Positions 17,247 through 28,055 of a DNA stretch of 64,000 bases are shown here, piece after piece. This stretch comes from an uncultured Bacillota bacterium (GTDB lineage: Bacteria; Bacillota; Clostridia; Christensenellales; UBA1242). The stretch covers positions 55,460-119,459 of the forward strand of contig CAMMTJ010000003.1 of assembly GCA_946499835.1 (NCBI GenBank), in the 5' to 3' direction. Under the pieces are notes generated by a model. It saw nothing but the letters and a program-made list of their open reading frames with translations. It did not search any database and was not told the origin of the DNA. A program made the translations under genes and the position numbers. Every line of letters starts with the position of its first letter. Position 1 is the first letter of the stretch.

Positions 17247-17504
17247 ATGGAAAGACTCAGGATGTGCGTTGCTTGTCGTCAAATGAAAGACAAACGCTCT
17301 CTTATAAGGGTGGTGAAAGATAAGGAAGGCAACATTTCGATTGATGAGACTGGCAAAAAAAATGGACGTGGTGCATATGTTTGCAAAGAGCCTGAATGTT
17401 TTGCCAAACTGAAAAAACAAAAGTCTTTGAACAAGGCTTTCAAATGCAATATTGATGATGAGATATTGAGTCAAATTGAGGAGGAAGTCTTTGGAAAGAG
17501 ATAA
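17247..17504 (+). CDS. ylxR: YlxR/RnpM family (DUF448) RNA-binding protein
   Basis: RMCVACRQMKDKRSLIRVV and GRGAYVC motifs, in the conserved position after nusA. Confidence 0.85.
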   Translation: MERLRMCVACRQMKDKRSLIRVVKDKEGNISIDETGKKNGRGAYVCKEPECFAKLKKQKSLNKAFKCNIDDEILSQIEEEVFGKR

Positions 17505-17775
17505 AGCAAAAGGTTATTTGAATATCGCACATAAAGGTGGATATTTGATAATTGGCAGTGACAAACTTGATGGTTATGACAAAAAGTTGTATCTCACACT
17601 GCTTGATAATACAGTGGGAAAAACTGGTGAAAAGATTGCGCAAAGATTACTTGAGAGAGGAGTGCGCATTGTGCGAGTTGACAACTTGGAAGAGTTGTCA
17701 AGCATAAAAAACTGCAAAATCTTGGCGGTAAAAAATAAGAATTTGGCTGATATAATTTATGAACTATTGAAATAG
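17491..17775 (+). CDS. ylxQ: L7Ae-family protein YlxQ
   Basis: YlxQ-like pattern (GGYLIIGSDKL...ILAVKNKNLA). TTG at 17491 lies 6 nt after GGAGG. The track's ATG at 17476 has no SD. Start is uncertain. Confidence 0.7.
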   Translation: MERDKAKGYLNIAHKGGYLIIGSDKLDGYDKKLYLTLLDNTVGKTGEKIAQRLLERGVRIVRVDNLEELSSIKNCKILAVKNKNLADIIYELLK

Positions 17776-17790
17776 AAAAGGAGAAAGAGT

Positions 17791-20286
17791 TTGGCTAATC
17801 AATTTTACAATCTTAAAAGAATACACGATTTGCAAAAGGAAGGACTGATCAACGAGACATTGCGCAGTGTGCGTAGTGCAAAAGGTGAAGTCGATGCTTT
17901 TGCAAAAAAATTGCTTGAAAGAAGACGCGTTTTGGAGGCACTGGCTGAGCAAGCGAAAAAAGAAGAGGTAAAACCAGAAGAAAAGGTGGAAGCCGTTGTG
18001 GTTCAAGAAGAAAAGAAGGTGACAGTGGAAGAGAAAAAGACACCTGCTTTTTCCAATGGACAAACTTCATCAAACAATTTCAAACGCTTTTCAGATCAAG
18101 ATAGACCACGCCAAACTCAAAAATTCGCAAACCAAAACAATCAAAATGCAGGTAAAAGCGGATTCAAAAACAACTTCTCTTCTCAAAGAGGAGGGCAAAC
18201 TCCTTTCAATAAAAATGCAAACCAAGGCAAAAAATTTGGTTCAAACAATTTTGTATCAACAAAAGTCAACAATTTCCGTTCATTTGCTCAAAGCGATGTG
18301 AGTGAACTGGAAGGTAAAAATGACCGCAATTATGCTCAAAAGGCAAAATATGCCCAAAAGCACAATACTTCAAATTTTGATGAGAAGAAAACAAACAGAA
18401 AAATGTCATCTGACAATAGACGCACAAGCATTATCATAGACGAAGATGGCGGATTTGAAGAGGTGAGTTATGGCTCACGCAAGAGCGTTGTGAAAAAGAA
18501 GAAAGAGTCACAAACAATTGTTGCTCCTGCTGTAAAACACGCAGTTCTCACATCTCGTGAAATTTCAGTGAAAGATTTCAGTGAAAAAATTGGAAAACCT
18601 GTCACCGAAATTGTCAAGAAACTTATGATGCTTGGTATAATGGCAACAATCAACTCAAATATTGATTTTGACACTGCTGAACTTATTGCAAGCGACTTTG
18701 ATATAACTCTCGAACTCAAAGCAGGAAAAACATTTGAAGAGCAAATGATTGAATCTGCAAACAACGAAGAAGACCCATCAAAACTTGTTAAGCGTCCAGC
18801 AGTTGTAACTGTTATGGGGCACGTCGATCATGGTAAAACTTCACTTCTTGACGCTTTCAGAAAGACAAATGTTGTTGCAGGTGAAGCGGGCGGAATTACT
18901 CAAAAAATCGGTGCGTATCAAATCAGTTTCAATGGCGAGAAAATCACATTTATTGACACTCCAGGACACGCAGCATTCACAGCAATGCGTGCAAGAGGAG
19001 CAAAGAGCACAGATATTGCAATTCTTGTTGTTGCGGCAGATGATGGAATCATGCCTCAAACAGTCGAAGCGATAAATCATATCAAAGCAGCAGGCGTGCC
19101 TATGATTGTTGCAATAAACAAAATGGATAAGCCAGAGGCAAATCCAGACAGGGTAAAACAACAACTCACCGAACACGGCGTTTTGCCAGAAGAATGGGGC
19201 GGTGATGCAATATGCGTGCCAATTTCAGCAAAAACAGGCATGGGACTTGACGATCTCAAACAAACAATTCTTCTTGTTGCTGAGATGCAAGAACTCAAAG
19301 CAAATCCAAACAGAATGGCAAGCGGTGTTGTTATTGAAGCCGAACTTGACAAACATAAAGGCCCAGTTGCAACCGTGCTTGTTCAAAACGGAACATTGAA
19401 AGTCGGCGACTCAATCATGAGTGGACTGACTTATGGCAAAGTAAGAGCAATGTTCAACGATGCAGGTAAACCAGTGAAAAGTGCACCTCCATCAACTCCT
19501 GTTGCAGTGCTTGGATTCAATGATGTGCCAACTTCTGGTGACCAAGTTTATGCAGTTGAAGAGAACTTGTCAAAACAAGTTATTCAAGAGCGTATTGACA
19601 GAATTAAGAAAGAGCGTGCAGAACAAAGTTCTGGCGTAACTCTTGACAATTTCATGAACAAAGTGCATGAAGGCACGCTTAAAAACCTCAACATTATTTT
19701 GAAAGCAGACACGATGGGTTCGGTTGAGGCTGTAAAAAATGCAATAATTGTTATCAAAAACGAAGAGGCAAAGGTCAATATAATTCACTCTGGCACAGGT
19801 GCTGTGACAGAATCAGATGTTATTCTTGCTCAAACAACTGGCTCAATCATTCTTTGCTTCAACCAAAAACCTTCAACAAAAGCAAAATCACTTGCTGAAA
19901 ACTTGAAAGTTGAAGTGAAAGAATACAAAATTATTTATGAACTCGTTGACGATGTCACAAATGCAATCAATGGTATGATGAGTATCAAGTATGAAGAGAA
20001 ATACATTGGAACAGCAGAAATTCGCATGGTATTCAAACTTTCAACGGCTGGAAAAGTTGCAGGAAGTTATGTGAAAGATGGAAAAATCACAAGAAACTGC
20101 ATCGCGAAAGTTATGCGTGGGGATGAACTGCTTGGAGAAACAGTCGTTGAGTCTTTGAAAATCGTCAAAGATGAAAAAGCAGAGGTTGCAAAAGGTTTCG
20201 AGTGCGGAATCAAACTGCGTGATAACATTGACTTCAAAGAAGGCGATATGATAGAATGTTATATCAAAGAGCCTATCAAAAGATAG
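17791..20286 (+). CDS. infB: translation initiation factor IF-2
   Basis: TTG start. Low-complexity N-terminus followed by the GTPase domain ([26 protein letters not shown]) and the IF2 C-terminal domains. Confidence 0.95.
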   Translation: MANQFYNLKRIHDLQKEGLINETLRSVRSAKGEVDAFAKKLLERRRVLEALAEQAKKEEVKPEEKVEAVVVQEEKKVTVEEKKTPAFSNGQTSSNNFKRFSDQDRPRQTQKFANQNNQNAGKSGFKNNFSSQRGGQTPFNKNANQGKKFGSNNFVSTKVNNFRSFAQSDVSELEGKNDRNYAQKAKYAQKHNTSNFDEKKTNRKMSSDNRRTSIIIDEDGGFEEVSYGSRKSVVKKKKESQTIVAPAVKHAVLTSREISVKDFSEKIGKPVTEIVKKLMMLGIMATINSNIDFDTAELIASDFDITLELKAGKTFEEQMIESANNEEDPSKLVKRPAVVTVMGHVDHGKTSLLDAFRKTNVVAGEAGGITQKIGAYQISFNGEKITFIDTPGHAAFTAMRARGAKSTDIAILVVAADDGIMPQTVEAINHIKAAGVPMIVAINKMDKPEANPDRVKQQLTEHGVLPEEWGGDAICVPISAKTGMGLDDLKQTILLVAEMQELKANPNRMASGVVIEAELDKHKGPVATVLVQNGTLKVGDSIMSGLTYGKVRAMFNDAGKPVKSAPPSTPVAVLGFNDVPTSGDQVYAVEENLSKQVIQERIDRIKKERAEQSSGVTLDNFMNKVHEGTLKNLNIILKADTMGSVEAVKNAIIVIKNEEAKVNIIHSGTGAVTESDVILAQTTGSIILCFNQKPSTKAKSLAENLKVEVKEYKIIYELVDDVTNAINGMMSIKYEEKYIGTAEIRMVFKLSTAGKVAGSYVKDGKITRNCIAKVMRGDELLGETVVESLKIVKDEKAEVAKGFECGIKLRDNIDFKEGDMIECYIKEPIKR

Positions 20287-20341
20287 AAAGTAAGGGGAAT
20301 TTTACAACAAAAATTCCTCTTTTGATTATAAGGAGGGGGAT

Positions 20342-20698
20342 ATGTCAAACAGAATTGAAAGGGCAAACAGTGAACTTCAAAAATGTATTGCAGATATAAT
20401 TCAAAACAAGATGAGAGATCCACGAATAAGTCCAATGCTTTATGTGAGTGAGGTCAATGTTACGCCTGACTTTAAGTTTTGCAAGATCAAAATTGCCATT
20501 GATGACACTGAATATAACGTGAAAAAGACAATTGAAGTTTTGCAAAAATCAGAAGGGTTTATCAAAAGACAACTTGCCGAGGCAGTGCAAATGCCACAGG
20601 TGCCAAAACTCAAATTTGAAATTGACAAAGGCACAAGTGCCACAATTAGGATAAATGAAATACTGAAAAATCTTGACATTCCAAAGGAGGAAGAGTGA
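20342..20698 (+). CDS. rbfA: ribosome-binding factor A
   Basis: 118 aa with an RbfA pattern (RANSELQKCIADII, VSEVNVTPDFKFCKI). Confidence 0.9.
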   Translation: MSNRIERANSELQKCIADIIQNKMRDPRISPMLYVSEVNVTPDFKFCKIKIAIDDTEYNVKKTIEVLQKSEGFIKRQLAEAVQMPQVPKLKFEIDKGTSATIRINEILKNLDIPKEEE

Positions 20699-21693
20699 TG
20701 GACAAGCAGATGAAAAAACTCTACAAACTTGCAAAACGTGAAATAAAAGACGCAAAGAAAATCGCCATCTTTTCACACATAAGTCCTGACGTAGATTGCC
20801 TTGCATCTTCTTATGGACTGCGTCTCGCACTTATATCAATGGGGAAAGAGGTTGATATGTTCAACAAAGAAGATTTCACTCTTGACCAACGCTTGCTTCT
20901 TGATGAAAAATTGATGAATAAAGGCGATGTTGACCCAGAAAAGTATGACCTTTTCATTGCTCTTGACACTTCAACGGCTGACAGGTTGGGAGAATATAAA
21001 GATGTCTTTACTGCATTTCCTAACACAATCAAAATTGACCATCATAGAAACTCAGCACCATACGCACTCATCAATATCGTTGACTCAACTGCAAGTGCAA
21101 CTTGCCAAATGCTTTATGATTTTGTCAAATATCTGGGTGTGAAAATTACGCCAGCGATTGCTGATATGCTTTTTGCAGGACTTTCAACTGACACAAGTTC
21201 TTTTATGAACGGAATCACATCCTTGAAATCATTTGAAACGGCAACAGACCTTTTCCGCTTGGGTGCAAATGTCAACAAAATCAACGAAAAGTTATATTAC
21301 AATATGGCTCGTTCTACACTTGCAATCAAGAAAACCTTTATTGAAAAAATGCAAATAATTGATGATCAAATTGCAATTTGTTATATCTCTCTTGCTGATC
21401 TTAAAAAAGCAGGGGCAACGAAGAGTGACTGCGATGGTTTCAGCAGAGAACTTTCTATTATTGAAGGCGTAAATATGGCGTGCCAAATCACACAGAAAAC
21501 AAAAGATACATTCAATATGTCCTTCCGTTCAAAAGAAGGTTATGATGTCAACTTGATTGCTTCCATTTTTGGTGGTGGTGGTCATTTATGTGCTTCTGGT
21601 GCAGTCTGCAAGGCAAAAACAGCAGAAAGTCTTATTGACGCTCTTATAAAAGAATTTAGGGACTATCTTAAAAAGAGAGATAAAAATGCATAG
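20698..21693 (+). CDS. nrnA: DHH-family phosphoesterase (NrnA-like nanoRNase/pAp phosphatase)
   Basis: DVDCLASS, IKIDHHRNS and GGGGH motifs. The ATG overlaps the rbfA stop (TGATG). Confidence 0.85.
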   Translation: MDKQMKKLYKLAKREIKDAKKIAIFSHISPDVDCLASSYGLRLALISMGKEVDMFNKEDFTLDQRLLLDEKLMNKGDVDPEKYDLFIALDTSTADRLGEYKDVFTAFPNTIKIDHHRNSAPYALINIVDSTASATCQMLYDFVKYLGVKITPAIADMLFAGLSTDTSSFMNGITSLKSFETATDLFRLGANVNKINEKLYYNMARSTLAIKKTFIEKMQIIDDQIAICYISLADLKKAGATKSDCDGFSRELSIIEGVNMACQITQKTKDTFNMSFRSKEGYDVNLIASIFGGGGHLCASGAVCKAKTAESLIDALIKEFRDYLKKRDKNA

Positions 21694-22531
21694 TGCAATA
21701 ATACTCGTCAACAAACCAAGAGGTTTGTCTTCAAATACTGTTGTCAATATAGTCAAGAAAACAGTTGGTGCAAAAAAGGCAGGTCATCTTGGCACTCTTG
21801 ATGTGGAAGGTGAGGGACTTTTGCCAGTTACTCTTGAAAGGGCAACAAAACTTTTTGATTTGTATTTGCAAAAAGATAAGGTATACAAAACCACTTTTCG
21901 TTTTGGTGAAACCACAGACACTCTTGACCTTGAAGGAACTGTGACTGCAAAAAATGACAAAATTGTGTCTAGGCAAGAGGTTGAACGTGTTTTGCCATTA
22001 CTCGTTGGCAAAATAAATCAAATGCCTCCTGCCTATTCTGCAAAAAAGATAAAAGGGCGAAAGGCATATGACCTTGCACGCGAAGGAATAGAAGTGGAGT
22101 TGAAGCCAAAATTGGTGGAGATATATTCAATAAAACTTCTTTCTCACAAAAAAGAAAATGAATTTGAGTTTGAAGTGCATTGTTCAAGCGGGACATATAT
22201 TCGCTCTTTATGTCGAGATATGGCTGAAAAATTGTCAACATATGGTGTTATGCTTAACATAATACGCACAAAATGTGGTGATTTTGATTTGAAAGATGCT
22301 TATACTCTTGAAGAAATAAAGGCCGGCAAATATAAAGAGATAGCAATGGAAGAACTTTTTGATTTTGAAAAAAAGGTTCTCACCCAAGAAGAAAAAGATA
22401 AACTGCTTTCTGCGGGAGCGGTAAAAATGGATTTGCTTGGCAAGTTTAATGCCTTTTATGACGGACAATTTTTGGGAGTTATAGAAGGTGATGGAAAAAC
22501 AGTTATATTTCTTCACCGCTTTGTTTTGTAG
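21686..22531 (+). CDS. truB: tRNA pseudouridine(55) synthase
   Basis: GHLGTLD catalytic motif, MPPAYSAKKIKGRKAY and GTYIRSLCRD. Confidence 0.93.
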   Translation: MHSAIILVNKPRGLSSNTVVNIVKKTVGAKKAGHLGTLDVEGEGLLPVTLERATKLFDLYLQKDKVYKTTFRFGETTDTLDLEGTVTAKNDKIVSRQEVERVLPLLVGKINQMPPAYSAKKIKGRKAYDLAREGIEVELKPKLVEIYSIKLLSHKKENEFEFEVHCSSGTYIRSLCRDMAEKLSTYGVMLNIIRTKCGDFDLKDAYTLEEIKAGKYKEIAMEELFDFEKKVLTQEEKDKLLSAGAVKMDLLGKFNAFYDGQFLGVIEGDGKTVIFLHRFVL

Positions 22532-22593
22532 GCTTTCTTATAGCAATTTTATACTTAACAAAAGTTCTTATACAAACTTAAAAAGGAGAAAAT

Positions 22594-23466
22594 ATGGCAG
22601 TTCTATTTGGGCCATCTGGTTGTGGCGATGAATTTTATGCCCAAGGCAATAAAAGTATTATGCAAGTGCCTGAATGGGTCAAAAATTATGGGCTTGATGC
22701 TTATGAATATTCTTTTGGGCATGGCTTCAATATGTCCACTGAAACTGCAAGCAAAGCAGGACAACTTTTCAAGGAGAATAGCCTAGCAGTTTCTATTCAT
22801 GCGCCTTTTTATATCAACTTTGCAAATCCAAGTGAAGAGATGTATGCAAAGACAAGAGGATATATCTATACCAGCGTTCGTTTTATAAAGGCTTTTGGTG
22901 GTGATCGGGTGGTTTTTCACCCAGCCTCATGCGGAAAACTTTCAAGGGAAGAGGCTGTAAAACTCACCAGTGAAAGATTTAGAGAAACATTTGATAAAAT
23001 GGAAGAAGATGGTCTTTTGGATGGCATTTATATTTGCCCAGAAACTATGGGAAAGAGTATGCAGATCGGGAATTATAAAGAGGTCGTTGACTTATGCACT
23101 CTTAATTCTCATCTTATCCCAACCTTTGATTTTGGACATATAAATGCACTTGGACAAGGTTGTTTGAAAAACAAAGAAGACTTTGCAAGGGTTTATGATT
23201 ATTGCATAGAAAAACTCGGCTTTGAAAGGGCAAGCAAGGCACATGTTCATTTTTCAAAAATTCAATATGGTGACAAAGGGGAGATAAGACACCTCAATTT
23301 TGACGATCAAATCTATGGCCCTGATTTCTTGCCATTTGCAGAGGTAATCATAGAATACAAACTTTCACCACACGTAATATGTGAATCAATGACAGATATG
23401 CCAAAAGATGCACTGCAAATGAAAAAAATTTATAACAATTTACTAGACAAACAAAAGGATATATGA
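22594..23466 (+). CDS. AP endonuclease family 2 / endonuclease IV-like TIM-barrel protein
   Basis: The motif series HAPFYINF, VFHPAS, CPETMGK and FDFGHINA parallels the Endo IV metal-binding blocks. Confidence 0.7.
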   Translation: MAVLFGPSGCGDEFYAQGNKSIMQVPEWVKNYGLDAYEYSFGHGFNMSTETASKAGQLFKENSLAVSIHAPFYINFANPSEEMYAKTRGYIYTSVRFIKAFGGDRVVFHPASCGKLSREEAVKLTSERFRETFDKMEEDGLLDGIYICPETMGKSMQIGNYKEVVDLCTLNSHLIPTFDFGHINALGQGCLKNKEDFARVYDYCIEKLGFERASKAHVHFSKIQYGDKGEIRHLNFDDQIYGPDFLPFAEVIIEYKLSPHVICESMTDMPKDALQMKKIYNNLLDKQKDI

Positions 23467-23534
23467 TACAATAAACAAAGATTTAAGCCTATGGCAAAAA
23501 AATAGAAAAAAATAGATTTTAAGGAGAAATAATT

Positions 23535-24095
23535 ATGATTACAGCAGGCGATTTTAGAAAAGGCGTAACTTTTGAAATGGACGGAGCAGTTTATTCTGTC
23601 GTTGACTTCTTGCACGTTAAACCAGGAAAAGGATCTCCATTTGTTCGCGCAAAAATCAAAAACGTTATGACAGGGCAAGTCAAAGAAACAACTTTCAACC
23701 CATCAGACAAATTCCAAGTGGCAGTTATCGAGAAAAAAGAGATGACTTACCTTTACAATGATGGAGATATCTACTATTTCATGGACGTTGAGACTTATGA
23801 TCAAATTCCTCTCAACAAAGACTCTGTTGAAGAAGCCCTCAATTATGTGGTTGAAAACTCAAACTGCACAATGTATTTTTACAAAGGCAATCCATTCGCA
23901 GTTTACGCACCAACATTTGTTGAACTTGAAGTAATTGATTGTGAACCTGGTATTCAAGGGGACACTTCAAAATCAACCACAAAACCAGCAAAAGTTGAAA
24001 CAGGATATATTTTGAATGTTCCTCTTTTCGTAAACATTGGTGACAAAATCAGAATTGATACTCGTGATGGCTCTTACATGGAAAGAGTGAAATAA
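23535..24095 (+). CDS. efp: elongation factor P
   Basis: [17 protein letters not shown]...[17 protein letters not shown] is canonical EF-P. Confidence 0.95.
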   Translation: MITAGDFRKGVTFEMDGAVYSVVDFLHVKPGKGSPFVRAKIKNVMTGQVKETTFNPSDKFQVAVIEKKEMTYLYNDGDIYYFMDVETYDQIPLNKDSVEEALNYVVENSNCTMYFYKGNPFAVYAPTFVELEVIDCEPGIQGDTSKSTTKPAKVETGYILNVPLFVNIGDKIRIDTRDGSYMERVK

Positions 24096-24112
24096 AAACA
24101 GAACAACTTTCA

Positions 24113-24144
24113 AAGGCTTGATGTTTTGCATCAAGCCTTTTTTA
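24113..24144 (+). terminator. rho-independent terminator after efp
   Basis: Stem GGCTTGATG (24115-24123) pairs with CATCAAGCC (24129-24137) and is followed by T6. Confidence 0.8.
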
Positions 24145-24266
24145 TATTCTTCTATAATTTCAATTTTGTAAAATATCAATTTCGACAAAAACTTTTCCTT
24201 AAACTTTTTCTTTATCGTTCTTATCCTCATCAGTTTTCACATAAGTTATGGCAAGGAGAAAAATGT

Positions 24267-25175
24267 ATGCTTGAAAAAATCTTGCCATCAAATATTTATA
24301 CAATACTTTCTGAAAGAGTGTCCTTTAACTCACTCAACGAACTTCGCTTTCGTGCGGACAAGCCTATTGTTGTCGCTGTTGGTGCAAAGCGATATTTTCT
24401 TGGAGAAAAAGGTTTGACAGGCTCTCTTAAAGATGCAATAAAAGCAAGCAAGGTTATGATTGAAGATATGATTTTTCGAGCAAGTGAGTGCTCAATTTAT
24501 TCTGTCAACGAGCAAATCAAAAAAGGATTTATAGTCACAAAAGGAGGGATCAGACTTGGTCTTGCTGGCGACATGATTGAAGAGGCTGGGAAGATAAAAA
24601 CCATGACAAATTTTTCATCCTTAAACATACGTTTGCCACATCAAATCAAAAACTGCTCTTTGCCTGTGTTTGATATGCTTTTAAGTGGTGACCATGTGCT
24701 AAGCACTCTTGTTTTGTCGCCTCCCGGTGCAGGAAAAACAACTTTCTTGCGTGATTTTGTATGCCAATTATCAGAGAGAAATTATGCCTTTAACGTTCTT
24801 GTGCTTGATGAGAGAGGGGAACTTGACCTTGGAGAGAGCAGTGCGCTTGGAAATTTTGCAGACAAGATCTCTTTTGCACGAAAGAAAGTGGGCTTTGAAA
24901 ATGGAATACGTTCGCTCAGTCCAAACATAATTGTCACTGACGAACTTGGACAGGAAGAAGATCTGGATGCTGTGCGTTATGCAGTGAATTGTGGCGTCAC
25001 CATAATTGCATCAGCCCATGCAGACAGCATTGAAACATTGCTCAAAAAACCTGCCTTCAAAGAAGTGATTGATGAAAAAGTATTTTCCCGCTATGTGCTG
25101 TTGTCTTTGAGGAATGGCCCTGGAACGATTGAAGGAGTTTATAACGAAAACTTTTCAAGAGTGACAAAGTTGTGA
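24267..25175 (+). CDS. spoIIIAA: stage III sporulation protein AA (ATPase)
   Basis: Walker A SPPGAGKTTFLRD. ATG at 24267 lies behind AAGGAG; the track ORF's upstream extension is leader. First gene of an 8-gene spoIIIA cluster. Confidence 0.9.
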   Translation: MLEKILPSNIYTILSERVSFNSLNELRFRADKPIVVAVGAKRYFLGEKGLTGSLKDAIKASKVMIEDMIFRASECSIYSVNEQIKKGFIVTKGGIRLGLAGDMIEEAGKIKTMTNFSSLNIRLPHQIKNCSLPVFDMLLSGDHVLSTLVLSPPGAGKTTFLRDFVCQLSERNYAFNVLVLDERGELDLGESSALGNFADKISFARKKVGFENGIRSLSPNIIVTDELGQEEDLDAVRYAVNCGVTIIASAHADSIETLLKKPAFKEVIDEKVFSRYVLLSLRNGPGTIEGVYNENFSRVTKL

Positions 25176-25183
25176 GGTGAGAT

Positions 25184-25678
25184 ATGAAATATTTCTTGAT
25201 TGCAATTCTTTTTGGCATATGTTTGTTTGTTGGTTTCTTGGTGTCAAACAAATATAGGCAAAGGTCTGCATTTTTCAAAGCACTTGTGCTTGTATGTCAA
25301 AAACTTAACGTTGAGATTTCTTTTTCAAGAGAAAGGCTGAAAAATCTTGTTGGCAGTTTTGATCAGCAGACAAAGAAAAGTCTTTGTGGGCTAACAGACA
25401 ATTATCTTGCCTTTATTGAGCAAGAAAGTCCGCTTGATAAAGAGAGTTTGTTCAAAAATATAAAGTTTTTGAAAGAAGATGAAAAGGACATTATATTCCT
25501 CTTTTTCCGTTCACTTGGACGAAGTGATGTTGACAGTCAGTCAAAAGAACTTTCAAATTTTGAAAAAAGATTTGAAGGCCTTGTCACTTCCTCCGCCGAA
25601 GAAAACAAAAAGTATGGCAAACTTTCTTTCAAACTAGGAATTATGGCAGGACTCTTGATTGTGATTGTGCTTATTTAA
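25184..25678 (+). CDS. spoIIIAB: stage III sporulation protein AB
   Basis: Size, N- and C-terminal TM helices, and position in the operon. Confidence 0.85.
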   Translation: MKYFLIAILFGICLFVGFLVSNKYRQRSAFFKALVLVCQKLNVEISFSRERLKNLVGSFDQQTKKSLCGLTDNYLAFIEQESPLDKESLFKNIKFLKEDEKDIIFLFFRSLGRSDVDSQSKELSNFEKRFEGLVTSSAEENKKYGKLSFKLGIMAGLLIVIVLI

Positions 25679-25688
25679 GGAGGAGTTT

Positions 25689-25883
25689 ATGGGGATAGAT
25701 ATAATTTTCAAAATCGCCGGCATAGGTCTTGTCACAGCAATTGTTGGACAGATACTTAAACAAACAGGAAAAGATGAAATTGCCACTTTTGCCACCATTG
25801 CAGGCATTATTATAGTCGTTTTTATGGTGCTCAACCTCATAAGCGACTTGTTTGAAACTTTGCAAGGGCTTTTTCAGTTTTAG
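25689..25883 (+). CDS. spoIIIAC: stage III sporulation protein AC
   Basis: 64-aa two-TM protein (IFKIAGIGLVTAIVGQILKQTGKDE). ATG lies behind AAGGAGG. Confidence 0.88.
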   Translation: MGIDIIFKIAGIGLVTAIVGQILKQTGKDEIATFATIAGIIIVVFMVLNLISDLFETLQGLFQF

Positions 25884-25913
25884 CGGTTTTACTCTTGCCA
25901 AAAGGGAGGGAGA

Positions 25914-26306
25914 ATGGATGTCATTTTCAAAATACTTGCAATAGCATTTTTGACTGTCATTGCAACAGTTATCGTAAAACCTGTCCGCAGTGATTTTGCT
26001 CTTGTCATTGCTCTCACTGGCGGTATTCTTGTTTTGATGCTTGTCCTAGGATATGTTGGGCAGGTGTTTTCAGTTATCAGTGACATCGTTTCACTAAGCG
26101 GAGTATCTTCATCGCTTTACACTCTTCTTCTTAAAATCGTTGGTGTCGGTTATCTTGTTGAGTTTACGGCAGGCATTTGCTCTGACACTGGCAATTCTTC
26201 TCTTGGAGACAAAGTCTTGCTTGGTGGAAAGGTGATAATTCTTGTCATGGCTCTTCCAATCGTAACAAATATTCTTCAAATTATTATGGAGTTGTTGCCA
26301 ACATGA
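25914..26306 (+). CDS. spoIIIAD: stage III sporulation protein AD
   Basis: 130-aa polytopic protein, paralogous in style to AC, in the expected operon position. Confidence 0.88.
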   Translation: MDVIFKILAIAFLTVIATVIVKPVRSDFALVIALTGGILVLMLVLGYVGQVFSVISDIVSLSGVSSSLYTLLLKIVGVGYLVEFTAGICSDTGNSSLGDKVLLGGKVIILVMALPIVTNILQIIMELLPT

Positions 26307-27547
26307 GGTTGTTTTTGAAAAAGAAAATGGGGAGTTTGAGAAAAAAGCGTAGGCTGGTCACTTCGCTCATTTTTGCTTTTTTGTTTCTTACGATTTTTCC
26401 GCTTCTTATCTTTCCGTCAAATTATGCCATTGCCGATGACTTAACGCAAGAGGAAATTATTGAAAATATTGAAAATGAAGTGGGAGATCAACTTGACGAT
26501 ATTGACTTTTCAGATATCGAAGACATCCTTGCCTCTATGTCTGATTCGGCGAATGAGATATTTGGAGGGACAAGTTTCCTTGAAAAGATACAATCAATAA
26601 TTAACGGCGATTTTGCATCTTCATCTTCAAGCATATGGGGTGCGATCATAAACCTGTTCTTTGACAACGTCCTTTCGCTCTTGCCTATCCTTGCAACCAT
26701 AATTGCTGTCGCATTGCTTGGTGGAATGCTTCATGGATTAAGACCAAATAGCAATGGAAAGTCTATCTCAAACGTCATTCATTTTGTCACATATGGGGTG
26801 ATAGTCGTCCTTCTTCTCACTCTTGTTGCAAAAATGGTCACATTGACAAGCGGAACAATATCATCAATGCAAGCACAAATGAACGCAATCTTTCCAATAC
26901 TGCTCACCATGCTTACGGCAATTGGAGGCACCGTTTCTGTGTCAGTATATCAGCCTGCCATGGCACTTCTTACTGGCACAATCATCAATCTTTTCACAAT
27001 GGTGCTTTTGCCGATATTTATTTTCTCGACAGTGTTCAGTGTGGTTTCAAATCTTTCAAACACAATCAAACTTGACAAATTCACAAACTTTTTCAACAGC
27101 CTTTACAAATGGCTCAGCGGACTTATCTTCACAATATTCACCGCGTTTTTATCAGTGCAAGGCATAACTGCTGGCTCTGTCGATGGAATATCAATAAGGA
27201 CTGCCAAATACGCCATTCGCTCATATATTCCAATTCTTGGCTCTTATCTCTCTGACGGTATGAGCATAATTCTTGCATCATCAAACCTCATCAAAAATGC
27301 CGTTGGTGCAGGAGGACTTTTGCTTCTGTTTGCCACAATAATTTCACCACTTCTTGAACTTGTCATCTTTATGCTTATGCTCAAACTCATCGCAGGCATT
27401 GTTGAACCTCTTGGAAATAGTCAAATTGCAAACTTTGTTTCTTCTCTTTCAAAGAGCATGGTGCTTCTTATTGTGCTTATAATCGGCGTGGCTTTCATCT
27501 ATTTTATTATGCTTGGGCTTGTCATGTGCTCGGCCAATATAGTTTAG
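26303..27547 (+). CDS. spoIIIAE: stage III sporulation protein AE
   Basis: 414-aa polytopic membrane protein with a signal/TM N-terminus. ATGA overlap with spoIIIAD. Confidence 0.88.
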   Translation: MRLFLKKKMGSLRKKRRLVTSLIFAFLFLTIFPLLIFPSNYAIADDLTQEEIIENIENEVGDQLDDIDFSDIEDILASMSDSANEIFGGTSFLEKIQSIINGDFASSSSSIWGAIINLFFDNVLSLLPILATIIAVALLGGMLHGLRPNSNGKSISNVIHFVTYGVIVVLLLTLVAKMVTLTSGTISSMQAQMNAIFPILLTMLTAIGGTVSVSVYQPAMALLTGTIINLFTMVLLPIFIFSTVFSVVSNLSNTIKLDKFTNFFNSLYKWLSGLIFTIFTAFLSVQGITAGSVDGISIRTAKYAIRSYIPILGSYLSDGMSIILASSNLIKNAVGAGGLLLLFATIISPLLELVIFMLMLKLIAGIVEPLGNSQIANFVSSLSKSMVLLIVLIIGVAFIYFIMLGLVMCSANIV

Positions 27548-27557
27548 GAGGGCGGTT

Positions 27558-28055
27558 ATGATTTCATCAGTTTCAGCATGGGTGCTTTCCATCGCTTGCA
27601 TAATTTGCGTTTCCGTCCTCGTTGAACTTGTGTTGCCAAGTGGGCAGATGAACAAATATATCAAAGGCATTTTTTCATTTGTCGTTTTGTTTGTGATCAT
27701 CTCGCCAGTTCCAAAACTTCTCAATATGAATATAGACAGAGATGGCTTTTTGGACTATGGCAACGTTCAGGTGGATGAGGACTATATCGCACAAATAAAC
27801 ATGGACAAACTGACAGCACTCACAGAGAGCACAGAAAGTGCAATAGCACAGCGAGGGTATGAGAACAGCATAGTCTCGCTTGAAGCAGACATATTCTCAA
27901 CATTTTTCAAAGTGACGAGTGCGAGCATAGATTTGTCAGGGCTTGTCATAACTTCAAATGCTCAGCATAAAGATATAGTAGGCATCAGGGAAGAGATAAC
28001 TGTGCTTGTCAAAACGCTTTTGAATTTAAGCGAAGAGGAGGTTTATTTTGAATAA
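27558..28055 (+). CDS. spoIIIAF: stage III sporulation protein AF
   Basis: Two N-terminal TM helices (VELVLPSGQMNKYIKG motif) and operon position. Confidence 0.85.
   Translation: MISSVSAWVLSIACIICVSVLVELVLPSGQMNKYIKGIFSFVVLFVIISPVPKLLNMNIDRDGFLDYGNVQVDEDYIAQINMDKLTALTESTESAIAQRGYENSIVSLEADIFSTFFKVTSASIDLSGLVITSNAQHKDIVGIREEITVLVKTLLNLSEEEVYFE

Noticed and set aside
24145-24266. A sigma-E/sigma-G type sporulation promoter upstream of spoIIIAA (for example CATAAGTT at about 24238).
   Set aside because: The match to the CATACA-T -10 consensus is partial, and no convincing -35 partner is at the right spacing. It is too weak to annotate by eye.
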